NCBI GenBank assembly: GCA_963755915.1
Contig: CAVWLP010000002.1
Span: forward strand, 3,456,001-3,520,000
Direction of reading: 5' to 3'
Length of the DNA: 64,000 nucleotides
Origin: an uncultured Phycisphaerales bacterium
GTDB taxonomy: Bacteria > Planctomycetota > Phycisphaerae > Tepidisphaerales > Tepidisphaeraceae
Under the pieces are notes generated by a model, which was given only the letters and a program-made list of their open reading frames with translations, made no database searches and was not told where the DNA came from. Within the stretch, counting starts at the first letter, position 1. Every line of letters starts with the position of its first letter. Of the stretch, positions 21,701 through 31,343 are shown one piece after another. The translations under genes and the position numbers were made by a program.

Positions 21701-23638
21701 GTAGGTGGTAGGAGCCCCGCTCCAAGCTCCTTTGAAGTGAGTGTAATTGTTTGGTCCGGAGGCATATGGAAGCATGATCCCGGGGATGGCTCCGCTGGCC
21801 GGTGTGACGTATGGGTTGGGGAAAGCGGCGCCGAGGGGATCGAGTGGCTCGCCTGTGTTCGCCGTGGTGCTGTCGTAGACGGGGGTGATGAAGTTCGAGA
21901 CGCCGTTTCGCGTGGTCAGCAGGGGGCGGATGGGCTGGGCACCGGCGGTCGTGCTATATGAAGGCGGTACGTCGTAGTTAAAATTGTTGGTAAACCATGT
22001 GGCGACGTCAGTGGTGGGAATACTACCGTAGGGCGATGATTGATAATACTGCGCCGGGGTTGTGCCGACGGGGGCTGTGTAATAAAGGAGCGAAAACGGC
22101 AGATAGTTTTGGCTTTCGAGCAAGGACGAGGGGAACTGCGATACGGTTGTTTGCGGATTTACGAGGCAAAAACGGTACGCCAGCGCGGCGGCGTCGGAAT
22201 AGGGGGCGGCCTGGAAGCGAGCGGTGGGGCCGTTGAATCCGGGGTTGGCAATGCGGCGAGACATCTGGTTGTAGAGCGCATCGCCTAGGCTCAGGAACTG
22301 GAAATCGGTGCGGGGGACGGATGCGGTCAGGTTGGTCGTGCCCGTGCCCGGGGCCACGTCGCCGTAGGCTGCCACCCCAGGTGGGCTGGTGCCGCCGTTG
22401 GTGACACCGTAGAGATAACTATACAGGGTATTTGTGGTGTCGCTTGTATTCAGAAGTTCGGGTGCGCCGCTGGCACCAAGCAGTCCAACGCTGTCCTGGA
22501 AGAGGGAATAGTAATTTGGAATTGATCCGGTTGCGCCTCCTGAGAGCTGGTATTCGAAGTCGCGACTCCATGCGGTGTTGACGTTGATGGCGGAATTGTT
22601 GTCGATGATTCGAACACCGCCGTACCAAGTGAGGCCCTGGTAGTTTGCGCCGGGAATACGAAACAGGAAGCAGTCGGCGATGCCGTCGCCGTCTGCGTCG
22701 CCCGCAACATACTGCGCGCCGCCGTAATCGAGAGCGGGGACGTAGATTGGCGCTGTTGCTGGGCCGAGCTGCTTGAAATCGGGGACTAAGTTGGTTCCCA
22801 TTTCGCCCGATAGCGTGTGGCCGGCACTGAGCGCGACCGGAAGTGATGCAGCGGTGTCCGGTGTTTCGAACGGAAGGCCGAGGATGGATGTCGCGGTAGT
22901 TAACCCGTTGGGGACGAAAGATTGGGAGATATTCGGCCAGTATGCGGTAAGCTTGTTGAAAGTAGTGGTTCCCGAGACGTATCCGCCGTCGGGGGTTGGA
23001 ATTCTGTCGGCCAGCCAAGGCTGGGTGAGTCCGGACGTGGTCCCCGGAACATGGGTGGTCTGCATCCACGGACTGGACGAACCAAGAACCGGAGCGCTCG
23101 CAGGACTTGCCGTCACGGCGACGTAATAGTTGGGTGGCACAGGCGGGTTAGCCGCTGGGTTTCCTCCAAAGCTTACGACGTCGCCCAGGCCGTAGGTTTG
23201 GCTGGCGACGTATGTTCCGCGGTATTGGCCGTTGGCGGCTTGAGTGAGGGTGGTGTCCTTGACGGTGTTCCCAAACAAATCCCCGGAGTTGTTATTGAGG
23301 TCGTCGGTGATTACGCCCTCGCATGCTTTGGCGATGCCATTGAGCATCGAGTCTACGTCATTGCTGGCGACGTTCTGGGCGGAGGCGACGCGAGAGGAAC
23401 GGGTGGTCGAGATGTAGGCGGCGCCGAGGATTGCGAGGAGAAGTAACAGGACGATGACGATGATTAACACGGAGGCGCGGCGCCTGCTGCCGAAAATTCG
23501 AAACCCGAAATTCGAAGGCGCGGACGCCTTCGTGGCGTAGTCGCCGAGTACGGCCCGGAGCCGTCCAGGCTCCGGACGAATCAAACTCGAAGGTTTAAAT
23601 GATCGAAACAAACGCGCCTCACTTAAGCTTGAAAACAT
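18737..23638 (-). CDS. Giant PilX/GspK-like minor pseudopilin (~1630 aa)
   Basis: RRRAS-VLIIVIVLLLLLAILG N-terminus; DADGDG; several ININTA motifs; HGPFTSI HhH-like segment; ITTRSDTFTVY C-terminus. Confidence 0.75.
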   Translation of the reverse strand: MFSSLSEARLFRSFKPSSLIRPEPGRLRAVLGDYATKASAPSNFGFRIFGSRRRASVLIIVIVLLLLLAILGAAYISTTRSSRVASAQNVASNDVDSMLNGIAKACEGVITDDLNNNSGDLFGNTVKDTTLTQAANGQYRGTYVASQTYGLGDVVSFGGNPAANPPVPPNYYVAVTASPASAPVLGSSSPWMQTTHVPGTTSGLTQPWLADRIPTPDGGYVSGTTTFNKLTAYWPNISQSFVPNGLTTATSILGLPFETPDTAASLPVALSAGHTLSGEMGTNLVPDFKQLGPATAPIYVPALDYGGAQYVAGDADGDGIADCFLFRIPGANYQGLTWYGGVRIIDNNSAINVNTAWSRDFEYQLSGGATGSIPNYYSLFQDSVGLLGASGAPELLNTSDTTNTLYSYLYGVTNGGTSPPGVAAYGDVAPGTGTTNLTASVPRTDFQFLSLGDALYNQMSRRIANPGFNGPTARFQAAPYSDAAALAYRFCLVNPQTTVSQFPSSLLESQNYLPFSLLYYTAPVGTTPAQYYQSSPYGSIPTTDVATWFTNNFNYDVPPSYSTTAGAQPIRPLLTTRNGVSNFITPVYDSTTANTGEPLDPLGAAFPNPYVTPASGAIPGIMLPYASGPNNYTHFKGAWSGAPTTYQFNDIVIGSDGFTYIYVSQTIGNTANAPSMSLLPPNAGGGPGSYYTQWAFQPWTKAPAKANINTATFRELYRAFWSVMAGNPSNQSPFGTSFSYNPYGADTTGGPNQFPLQHQFRSPLRDPTYVSGNTTNVTRLDPENTMLLCAALAAVNAMGLRDSSQNIVSRTIYLTALISNGGGAAAPTAVMATVYSNAPEPVISEVYAETNTTETTNGYVAVELYNTYSVPMILRNWQLGLVNRAASGGTYPNLVFTTTGVSSVIAPGTSANTELQALNDPRPIPVEPPTFPETFNYSTATSVAPGTIIVPAHGYALLENYNGGPTATQQAGDAPSRPASSGLPASGIYYGMYNGIAVTAPSAATPPNTCDVYVPGLQLVLANAMGITSPSASTGGELVLLRPRRIDGVYSSTGNPATPAVDEPLNVYDEGTPTQPNLYDLVPVDSYDFTGMNLIGPNSNTAYSYIRIKGAAPATWFRQFFPGRYSTVLTPPAPTRQEGTLHEAEPSGGLGGLWSNPQGTPQFGVDVLPGTPTLPGLSTYINNFPPTQFYNLGINATTNIQSHFPNPTIYPVGVESTGAQDNPTVAVTNSTLTPYSAPFGTVPRNGDMLDIPFVGAYRISQINTAAPFEPVNFVEMNSLPMDLSFADAYATVSGYTTIDSTTTAVDQNLENVGRFCPMLARATPSASGNPDFYAWAQNLFSYVTVQSSSDTVFPNFDPNTNDVIQTYSPTPSTTPNVYKYPAATTGNPTANPPVAATPGPTVAFSADPTATDETSQGTVGPQGLININTASWKVLNMLPMVTKVEDSNYIQDNESLAKAIVAWRIAHGPFTSIFGLNQVVDLHTTSAGTHGPAGFQTAEGYINLTAGGGTGGVSSLDGLLCPPDPAFPNATASSPNNVPATASPPGAPTFNVTATGLGEDYQTDFAVLNRISNLITTRSDTFTVYIEVQGWQNVGTANASPVITRRYAFIVDRTGVNADPTTRYLKTVVVPNN

Positions 23639-25712
23639 ATTCGTACCAGGGTCCGTCCTTGACCTTATTATTCGGGTCGTCCACCTTGATAAGGATGCGG
23701 ATGAGTGCCGGCATATCGTCGTGCCAGGCGGCGACGTAATGGGGGGGAATGGCGGCGTTGCCGAAGGCGGGAAGGGTAACGGTGGTGGTGCTGGGCGGGG
23801 CGATGACGGTGTAAGCGTATGTGTAAGCGGCCGTGGTATTCGCCGCGAGAAATTCGCCGTAATCGCGGTTGGGGGCGAAGCTGACGTCAACCTCCCATGG
23901 CGGGGCTATGACCACCGGCTTGGGAGGGGGGCCGGGCTGGGCAAATTCAAACATGGTGTAATAGTCACGAAGAGGGATGACATCGGTGAAATAGTTCAGG
24001 GGTGTTTTGGCGGGGGTGCCTCCATCGACTGTTGGGTCATCATTTCCGCCCTTGATCGGGGCGTTCCGGTCGAATCCACGGATCAGGACCAGGCCACCGG
24101 TGGTGGGATCTCCCGGGTGTGGGACGCCCGTGGAGCTGCGGGGCATTCCGTACCAGCGGATGTGCTTGTTGCCGTTGGCGTCGAGGTAATAGTCGATCTG
24201 ACCATCGGGGCCAAGGCCGGTCATTTGGCCGTCCGCGCCCTGCTGCATGTAATCGCCGGCGTACTCGACGACGAACTGGCTACAGTGCTGGAGAAAGTAG
24301 GGCGCCATTTCAGCCAGAGAGGCGGCGGTGACGGGATTTTGGATCGTCGGGTTGCACTGGGTGCGGGCGTACCAGAGCCCAGGATCAATTGCAGTAGGAG
24401 CTAGTATTCCAGCGTAGGTGGGCGACAAAGGGATGTAATTGACTGTGTAGGGAGGCAACGTGGTTTGAGCAGTCTGGGGTATGGTGGCGTTCACCTGGGT
24501 CAACGGGAGGGTGTAAACCAGCGGATTCCACCATAGCGATGTGCCGGTATCACCGGCTGACTGCCAACCGAGGATCGCATTGTCGATGAGGCGGTCGAAA
24601 TTCTCGGGTGTAATGCCGGCCAGATCATAGCGGGAGGTTTGGAAGAGATTGCTGGGTTGCGAGCCGCTGGTCGGGTTGTCGTTCGGATTATTGTCTTCGG
24701 TTCCGTAGCTCAAGGGGAGCAGGTTGGGGACATAGTTGCCATTTGCGTTGTAGATGCCGTGCGGGTATCGCGCGTTATAGGCGTAGTAGTAATCGCCGAC
24801 GGTGGTGATCGTCGTCGGGTCTTTCATGAGGGTTAATCGCCGGGAGAGGACCCAATCGGAGGCAAAGGCCCCGATGCGGGGGACGCCGGGGGTGGGGGTG
24901 GCGGGGGTGAGCTGATCGACGTAGCTGTCGTAGCCGGAGTTTCCGGCGGGGAGCTCGCTGGGGCCGTAGTATGCGCTTTGGTCGAGGGTGGGGAGGGCGG
25001 CGTGGCCGATCTCGACGTAGGCGTCGTTGGAGGAGTCGGAGGCGAAGTAGGTGCCGTCCGGGCCGGAGCGGCGGGGGTAGAGATAGTGGGCGATGAATTT
25101 CAGCAGGTCGGCGCGATGATTGCGCGAGTTGAGCGTGGCGATGGAGACATATTGCTGGGGGTTATTGGTTTCGAGGGTTGGCTTGGTGCCGGGCTGGCCG
25201 ATGTAGGCGTAGTTGCCGGCGTTGTCGATGGGGATGACGTTGGGATCGGAGCTGGTCTTGGCGTCGTCGGCGTTGAGGAACTGAGTGACGAACTGGCTGG
25301 AGATGATGAAGAGAGGCGGGGGCTTGGCGACGTTGTTGAGGTCGTTGAAGAGGACGGGCTGGGTGGATTGGGCGTCGGAGTTGATCTGGTTGAGGGCCTG
25401 GCCGGCGCCGACGGCGTCGGTGGCGCTGCGGAAGACGAAGTTGATGCCGACGATGAGGATGAGGACGAGGGCGAGGGAGATCATGAGCTCGATCAGGGTG
25501 AACGCAGCCCGGATGGGTGCGGGCGGTAGTCCGCGAAACTCAGGACGGATCCGGCCCCGGACGGCTGCGGGGGGTACACCGCGAAGGTTAGGACGGAGGC
25601 CGCGTGTCTGGAAACCCGAATTCCGAAACCCGAATTCCGAATCAAATCCGAAACCCGAATGACCGAATGTTAGGCGGGCGCGGCGTGGCGCTTTTGGGTT
25701 TTGTCTTTTCAT
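23619..25712 (-). CDS. Large prepilin-type N-terminal cleavage protein (GspJ/PilW position)
   Basis: A|FTLIELMISLALVLIL; C-terminal PALIRILIKVDD. Confidence 0.8.
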   Translation of the reverse strand: MKRQNPKAPRRARLTFGHSGFGFDSEFGFRNSGFQTRGLRPNLRGVPPAAVRGRIRPEFRGLPPAPIRAAFTLIELMISLALVLILIVGINFVFRSATDAVGAGQALNQINSDAQSTQPVLFNDLNNVAKPPPLFIISSQFVTQFLNADDAKTSSDPNVIPIDNAGNYAYIGQPGTKPTLETNNPQQYVSIATLNSRNHRADLLKFIAHYLYPRRSGPDGTYFASDSSNDAYVEIGHAALPTLDQSAYYGPSELPAGNSGYDSYVDQLTPATPTPGVPRIGAFASDWVLSRRLTLMKDPTTITTVGDYYYAYNARYPHGIYNANGNYVPNLLPLSYGTEDNNPNDNPTSGSQPSNLFQTSRYDLAGITPENFDRLIDNAILGWQSAGDTGTSLWWNPLVYTLPLTQVNATIPQTAQTTLPPYTVNYIPLSPTYAGILAPTAIDPGLWYARTQCNPTIQNPVTAASLAEMAPYFLQHCSQFVVEYAGDYMQQGADGQMTGLGPDGQIDYYLDANGNKHIRWYGMPRSSTGVPHPGDPTTGGLVLIRGFDRNAPIKGGNDDPTVDGGTPAKTPLNYFTDVIPLRDYYTMFEFAQPGPPPKPVVIAPPWEVDVSFAPNRDYGEFLAANTTAAYTYAYTVIAPPSTTTVTLPAFGNAAIPPHYVAAWHDDMPALIRILIKVDDPNNKVKDGPWYEYVFKLK

Positions 25713-25747
25713 TCGGCATTTGGCAATCGGCAATCGGCATTTGTTTC

Positions 25748-26968
25748 TCAGTTGTTCGCTGTATTGATGCGGATGAAAGCGGAGGCGACGCCGATGTCCT
25801 GGTTGGGGCCTGTGAAGGGGCCGTCGTAGTAGCCATTGGTGGAGTCAAATGCGGGGGCGGCGCCGATGCAGAAGACGTTGGCGGTGAAGGCGGGGGTGGT
25901 GGAGCTGGGGGTCCAAGTGTTGGCGGCGGCGTCGGCGGGGGTGATGTCCCAGCCGGACTGGGCGACGTACGCAACGTAGGTGATGGTACCTGCGCCGCCG
26001 GCGGGGGCGGCGAAAGTGGTGGCGTTTCCGAGGCGGAAGAATCGGCCGATCATGCTCGGAGGTGCGCCCGGGCCTGGGGCGGGTGCGCCGGTGGCGGTGC
26101 TGATCAGAACGTATGCTCCAGTGCTGAAATTAGGAGAGGGGGACTGGGGCAAGGTCGCACTGGTGTTGTAGCCCATGAGGATGGTCGTTGTGCCGTCGGC
26201 GTTGTAAAAAAACATCGCTGGAATCTGGCCGGTGGTTTGAGGGGGGTAGCCGTAGATATATGGAGGGACGGGCGGGGGGACGGAGGCGGAGATTGTTGTC
26301 TGTCCGGAGGTAGGGACGAGGTAGAGATAGTTGGCGAAGTTGGAGTTTTGCAGGGCGATGACGTAGATGTTGGCGTAGGGGCCGATGGGCTGCGGGGGAG
26401 CACTTCCGGGGACCTGATCGCGACGATAGAAGCCGACCCAGCCGAAGCGTTTGTCGGCGGAATAGAGGGAGTCGGCGCCGAGGGCGGGGAGGAGGCCGGT
26501 GGGGGGAGTGGCGGAGCCGAGGAGAGAGGTGTTGCTGCCGGGGGCGGGGGCAACGGTGGTGATCGCGTAGATGGCGGGGTTGGCGCTGGTGCCGGTGGTG
26601 GGGAAGAGCGTGTTTGCGCCGGGTTGATCGGCGACGTTTTGGATTTTTCTGATGGCGTCGCGGGTGATGAGGGAGCCTTGGGTTTCGCTCGTGACGACGG
26701 CGGTTTGCTGGATGGCGACGGGGAAGATGCCGGCGATCATGATGAAGCCGATGCCGAGGATGATGACGGCGAAGAGGACTTCGATGAAAGTAAAACCCGA
26801 ATTCCGAAACCAGAAATCAGAATCAAATCCGAAACCAGAAGGACGAATGGCCCGGCAAGCCCTTCGGATTTCGTCATTCGGGCTTGATTCGGTATTCCCA
26901 TCGACTCGCTCTGCTCGCTCAGGGCCTGAGCTTGTCGAAGGCTGGTTTCTGGTTTCTGGTTTTCTCAT
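25748..26968 (-). CDS. Prepilin-type protein (GspI/PilV position)
   Basis: G|FTFIEVLFAVIILGIGFIMIAGIFP; its ATG overlaps the upstream stop (TAATG). Confidence 0.8.
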   Translation of the reverse strand: MRKPETRNQPSTSSGPERAERVDGNTESSPNDEIRRACRAIRPSGFGFDSDFWFRNSGFTFIEVLFAVIILGIGFIMIAGIFPVAIQQTAVVTSETQGSLITRDAIRKIQNVADQPGANTLFPTTGTSANPAIYAITTVAPAPGSNTSLLGSATPPTGLLPALGADSLYSADKRFGWVGFYRRDQVPGSAPPQPIGPYANIYVIALQNSNFANYLYLVPTSGQTTISASVPPPVPPYIYGYPPQTTGQIPAMFFYNADGTTTILMGYNTSATLPQSPSPNFSTGAYVLISTATGAPAPGPGAPPSMIGRFFRLGNATTFAAPAGGAGTITYVAYVAQSGWDITPADAAANTWTPSSTTPAFTANVFCIGAAPAFDSTNGYYDGPFTGPNQDIGVASAFIRINTANN

Positions 26969-28205
26969 TACTTTGCCTGAATCAAAGCTCCACTCGTGGG
27001 ATTGATGAGGAAGGCGGTGCCGTTTTTGTCGATCCAGGCTTCTTCGATGAATTTGTCGGCGGCCTGGCTGCCGTTCGGAATCATGCTGGGGGAAGCGGCC
27101 TGAGTTTCAAATTGGCTGTCGGCGCCGGTGAGGGGGGGCGCGGATAGGTCATGTCCATATCGCTGAAGGGGTCGCCGCTGCCGAGGGTGACTTGCGAGGC
27201 CGGACTGCTGCCGACGTTCATGACCTGCATTGAGCAGTGTTGGGTGGCGTAGACGTCGTGGTCAAAGACGACGAAGCCGACGGATGACATCAGGGGGATT
27301 GTGGTGACCGTGGATGGGGGTGCAGCATTGACGTTGCTGGCGATGTCGTAGGTGTAGGTGCCAGTCATGCCGACTTTTGTGCATAGGAGATTGTCGATCT
27401 GGGTTCCGCCATTGACGAAGGTCTCTTGATAGGGGATTCCGAAGGGAATGGAGGCGAGGGTTCCGTCGGGGTTGAACATGATCACGCCGAGGCGGACGTA
27501 ACGGTCCAACGGGGGGACGTTGCTATTTGGGGTCTGGGCGCTGGCCTGGTAATTCCACTGATTGTTGTAGTTGTAGGTGTAAGTGTTCGCGTTGAAAGCG
27601 ACGCCAACGCCTTTGGGAAGGAGGGTGACGTCGCGGTAGAAATTGAAGTTGCCAGGATTGTTGGGGTCGGGGTTGTTGACGAGTTCGATGGTGTTGATGG
27701 GGCCGTTTTGATAGGTGGCAGGATTCCAAGTTGGGTTGTAATAACCAGGGATGAAGAGAGACGTGTAGGTGGCTGTGGTGCCGCCGTAGGGGTGGGCTTG
27801 CCAAAGGGTTTGCACCTGAACCTCGGCTACAGCGGTTTGCGTGGTTTTGGGGTCGATATAGAAGCAGACGCCGATGGTTTGGCGGTTGAAGATGGCGTCG
27901 GCGCGGGCGTTGGATAGGAAGGCGGAGATTTGGTTTTGGGCGGAGGCGAGGTTGGTGCCGCCTAGCAGGGCGTTCCAGACGGGGATGGCGATGGCGAGGA
28001 CGATGATGATGATCGTGAGGACGGTGATCATCTCTATTAATGTGAATGCCGAATGGGAAGTCTGGCGGATTGCCAATTTCCTATTTCCCATTTCCAATTT
28101 AGAAATGCCGCTCGAATTTCCGCCATTCAATAGGCAATAGGCAATGGGCAATGGGCAATCGACTCCCATTGATTCGGCATTCTGATTTTTCGGTTGGAGC
28201 TTCAT
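26968..28205 (-). CDS. Prepilin-type protein (GspH/FimT position; frameshift near the 3' end)
   Basis: A|FTLIEMITVL; ARADAI; FNPDG; alternative frame ends GALIQAK* at 26968. Confidence 0.8.
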
Positions 28206-28236
28206 GGCTCGATCCTGGTTGAGACTGCGTGCCGAA

Positions 28237-29168
28237 TCATGGCTGGAAGGAATAGATGTTGTCGTCGGTCATGTCGGAGGTCGGGGTGCCGGACGTGTAG
28301 CCGTGGGCGTTGCTCATGTCTCCATCGGGGCCGGCGGAAACAAAAAAGGGTTTGTTGGGAAGTGGGACCGTGGAATTGCCGGGAGTGTAGGCACTGGGGC
28401 CGCTAGGGTTTTTGACGCCCTCGGTGGTGATGACTTCAGTTTGATTGAAGCTGGGATCGACCCAGACGACCGCCAGTCCTCCACCGGGGACGAAGAGGAT
28501 GGGGTTGCCATAGCCGTCGAGGAGGAGGGGTATGCCGTTGGCGGCGTCCTTAACGACCTTGCTGGAGGGGAGATTATTCACAATCGTCTGGTTTTCGGGC
28601 ACCGTCAGCATCGCCTGCATGATGGCTTCGGTGTTGGCGATTGTTTCATGCAGGGCGCCGTGGTTTGGATTTGACAGGCCGATGACATCGGGAGAGATAG
28701 GGCCCTGGGGCGCCGGCACTTCACCTTTAGACCATACGAGCGACGCGGCCTGCGCGTACGATTGAGTTGATTGGCCTATCAGGTTGTAGAGCTGCATTAG
28801 GTTTGCGGGATTCGCGCCCTTGATCGCAAGTGTGTGAATGGGGGGGCTGTTGCCGGTTTGGGCGAGATTATACGGCACGTTTGTATTCAAGCCGCCCGCC
28901 TGCTCGTAATTGGCAAACATCGTGGCGGCGATTTGGAGCATCGTTTTGGTATCGCGGGCCTTGGCCTGGGCGGTGACAATTTTGCGCCGGCGAAGAAGAG
29001 GCCCATCAGGATGAGGATGATGCCGATGACGACGAGGAGTTCGATCATGGTGAAAGCGTAGTTGCGAGAGGGGAAAAGACGGGTCTCACGCAGAGGCGCA
29101 GAGGCGCGGAGAGAAGAACTCTGCGGCTCTGCGCCTCTGCGTGAGATAATCGCTTTTTCAGTCGTCAT
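28237..29168 (-). CDS. Prepilin-type protein, GspG-like (frameshift near 28975)
   Basis: [35 protein letters not shown]. Confidence 0.8.
29084..29146. repeat. Palindromic GCAGAGGC repeat inside a prepilin leader
   Basis: Same family as 3278-3333; translates as SRRGAEPQSSSLRASAPLRE. Confidence 0.85.
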
Positions 29169-29238
29169 TTGGACCACTTTCCGCCTGCTGAATCATTCAT
29201 GATGTCTTGTGCTTTCGGCAAGGGAAACGGGGGGAATT

Positions 29239-30570
29239 TCACTGGGAGACGTTGCCGAAACTCGTGATGTTGTCAGCAGTTCCGTAAATTCCGTCCGGTC
29301 CCGCGGAGATGAGGATGAATTGATCGACGGCGCGGGGGCGGCTGGAGTAGTTGATGTACTTTGCCGAGGTGTTGGTCGGGGTGATCGAGGAGTTGACAAA
29401 AAAGTCATACCCGTCGGAGGCATTAGTCACGCCAGCTTTTGCCACAGCGGGAGGCGGCCAGCTTGTGGGCGGATAGTTTTGCGCCGTTCCTACGGCGTTA
29501 AGGTTGTGAGAGTTGCCTGTCGGGAGGCCGATGGACGTCCCTGTGTAGGCGTAAATGTCTCCGAGGTCATATTGAAATTCGGCGTAGGGCAGATTCGTGG
29601 TGGGGTCGGATGGCGCGGTCTGGCCGTACGTGGAGCCATTGACGAAGGAAAGGGTGCCTTGGGCGCCGGTCCTTGCCCGCAAGTAGAGGATTGGCATAGG
29701 GCCGGGGGTGGGGAAGCGATCGACGAATTCGGGAATAGGACTATCTCCGGCCATGGTTCCGGCCTGATCGGCAAACTGGGACAGCGTTCCGGCGGGGTTG
29801 TATTGGGTGGTCTGGCCGACGGCGCCGTTCGCGTTTGTTTCGGTCCACATCAGGTAATTCGATCCGGATGGGAAGAAAGAGGGCGTCCGGGCGGGGCTGA
29901 GGGGATTGAGGCTCAGGGGGCCGAGTCCGACTTCGGTGGGGGCGAAGGCGGCTGTATATGTCAACGCCTGGCCGTTGATTGTCGACGGAGCGCCGGCCTC
30001 AAGTCTGAGACCACCCATGAGGCCGAGGACGAGGTTCTCGGAGCCGGTTATGTAGTATTTGCTGGGAAGATTCGAGAACGTCGGCGGGTTGGTCGTGGTG
30101 TTGTACCAGAAACGCAAATAAGGGGTAGGAGTTCCACCCGTATTGACGCAAGAACTCTCGATCTGATCGTTACTCAGCGGCCCCGGATAGGCATTGAAGG
30201 TCGAGTAATACTGATTGCAGGCATTGGCGAGCTGGCTGATTTCGTTTTGGGTATCGGCGACATAGGCGGCCCGGCGGACGCGGCCGATGATGGGGAAGAG
30301 GAGGCCGACGAGAATGGCGATGATGCCGATGACGACGAGAAGCTCGGTCAGGGTGAATGCAGACGCAGCCCGGACGGCTGCGGGCGGTACTCCGCGAAAC
30401 TTAGGCCGGAGGCCGCGTTGCGAGTTGCGAGGCCGTAGCCGTAGGGTGGGCGTATTCGCCCACCGTTTGGTCTGTTGCTCATCGGGGATGGTGGGCGAGT
30501 ACGCCCACCCTACATGCCGAATGCCGAATGCCGAATGAGTGGAGTTGCGGGTTGCGGGTTTGGGAGTCAT
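29239..30570 (-). CDS. Prepilin-type protein, GspG-like
   Basis: [39 protein letters not shown]. Confidence 0.85.
   Translation of the reverse strand: MTPKPATRNSTHSAFGIRHVGWAYSPTIPDEQQTKRWANTPTLRLRPRNSQRGLRPKFRGVPPAAVRAASAFTLTELLVVIGIIAILVGLLFPIIGRVRRAAYVADTQNEISQLANACNQYYSTFNAYPGPLSNDQIESSCVNTGGTPTPYLRFWYNTTTNPPTFSNLPSKYYITGSENLVLGLMGGLRLEAGAPSTINGQALTYTAAFAPTEVGLGPLSLNPLSPARTPSFFPSGSNYLMWTETNANGAVGQTTQYNPAGTLSQFADQAGTMAGDSPIPEFVDRFPTPGPMPILYLRARTGAQGTLSFVNGSTYGQTAPSDPTTNLPYAEFQYDLGDIYAYTGTSIGLPTGNSHNLNAVGTAQNYPPTSWPPPAVAKAGVTNASDGYDFFVNSSITPTNTSAKYINYSSRPRAVDQFILISAGPDGIYGTADNITSFGNVSQ
30441..30513. repeat. Inverted pair of GTAG-type REP elements inside a prepilin leader
   Basis: GTAGGGTGGGCGTATTCGCCCACC ... 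GGTGGGCGAGTACGCCCACCCTAC; single intergenic copy at ~31368-31391. Confidence 0.85.
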
Positions 30571-30731
30571 CGGTTGGGGTGAGGCCGCTGTTAATTCTGT
30601 CGGGCCGGGGACGGCCCGGCTCGATGGGGGATTCGTTACCGCCGCTCGTATTTTACGGTCTGTCCAGTGGGTTGGAAGTAGGTTGCCTTTCTTTTGATTT
30701 ACGGGGGGTTTCTGGTAGGTTTAGGCAATCC

Positions 30732-31343
30732 ATGCAATGCCCTTATTGCGATGCGCCGAAGGAGAGTCTGAAGGTCATCGATTCCCGGACCTGCGACTCC
30801 GGGAAGGCGATTCGGCGGCGGCGGCAGTGCCTGGCCTGCCAGAAGCGGTTTACGACCTATGAGAAGGTCGAGCAAAACATCCGGCTGAGCGTAATAAAGA
30901 AGGACGGCCGGCGTACGCCGTGGGATCAGAAGAAGATATACGTCGGTCTGGAGCGGGCGTGCTTCAAGAGGCCGGTTGGGCCGGATGACCTTCAGAAGAT
31001 CGTGGACGATGTGGAGGAGGAGATTTTCAAGACGTATGACCGCGAGGTGCCTACTACTGCAGTCGGACAATTAGTCACCGAGCGGCTGCGGCGGGTGGAT
31101 CAGGTGGCTTATGTAAGGTTTGCCAGCGTTTACAAGCAGTTTAAGACCCTGGAAGAGCTGGTGGATGAGGCCAAGGCGGTGATCGATGCGAGGCGATATG
31201 AGGATCCGGGCCAGGGGGTGTTCTGGGAGGCACGGAAGCCGGCGGTTTTGCATGAATCAGACGGGGCGAATGGAGATGAGAGGAAGGCGAGGCGCGGCCG
31301 GGCGGGGAAGACTGCGGAAGCGGCGGAGGCGCGGGCTAGTTAG
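30732..31343 (+). CDS. nrdR: Transcriptional repressor NrdR
   Basis: MQCPYC..VIDSR..IRRRRQC..RFTTYE, ATP cone, VAYVRFASVY. Confidence 0.97.
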   Translation: MQCPYCDAPKESLKVIDSRTCDSGKAIRRRRQCLACQKRFTTYEKVEQNIRLSVIKKDGRRTPWDQKKIYVGLERACFKRPVGPDDLQKIVDDVEEEIFKTYDREVPTTAVGQLVTERLRRVDQVAYVRFASVYKQFKTLEELVDEAKAVIDARRYEDPGQGVFWEARKPAVLHESDGANGDERKARRGRAGKTAEAAEARAS

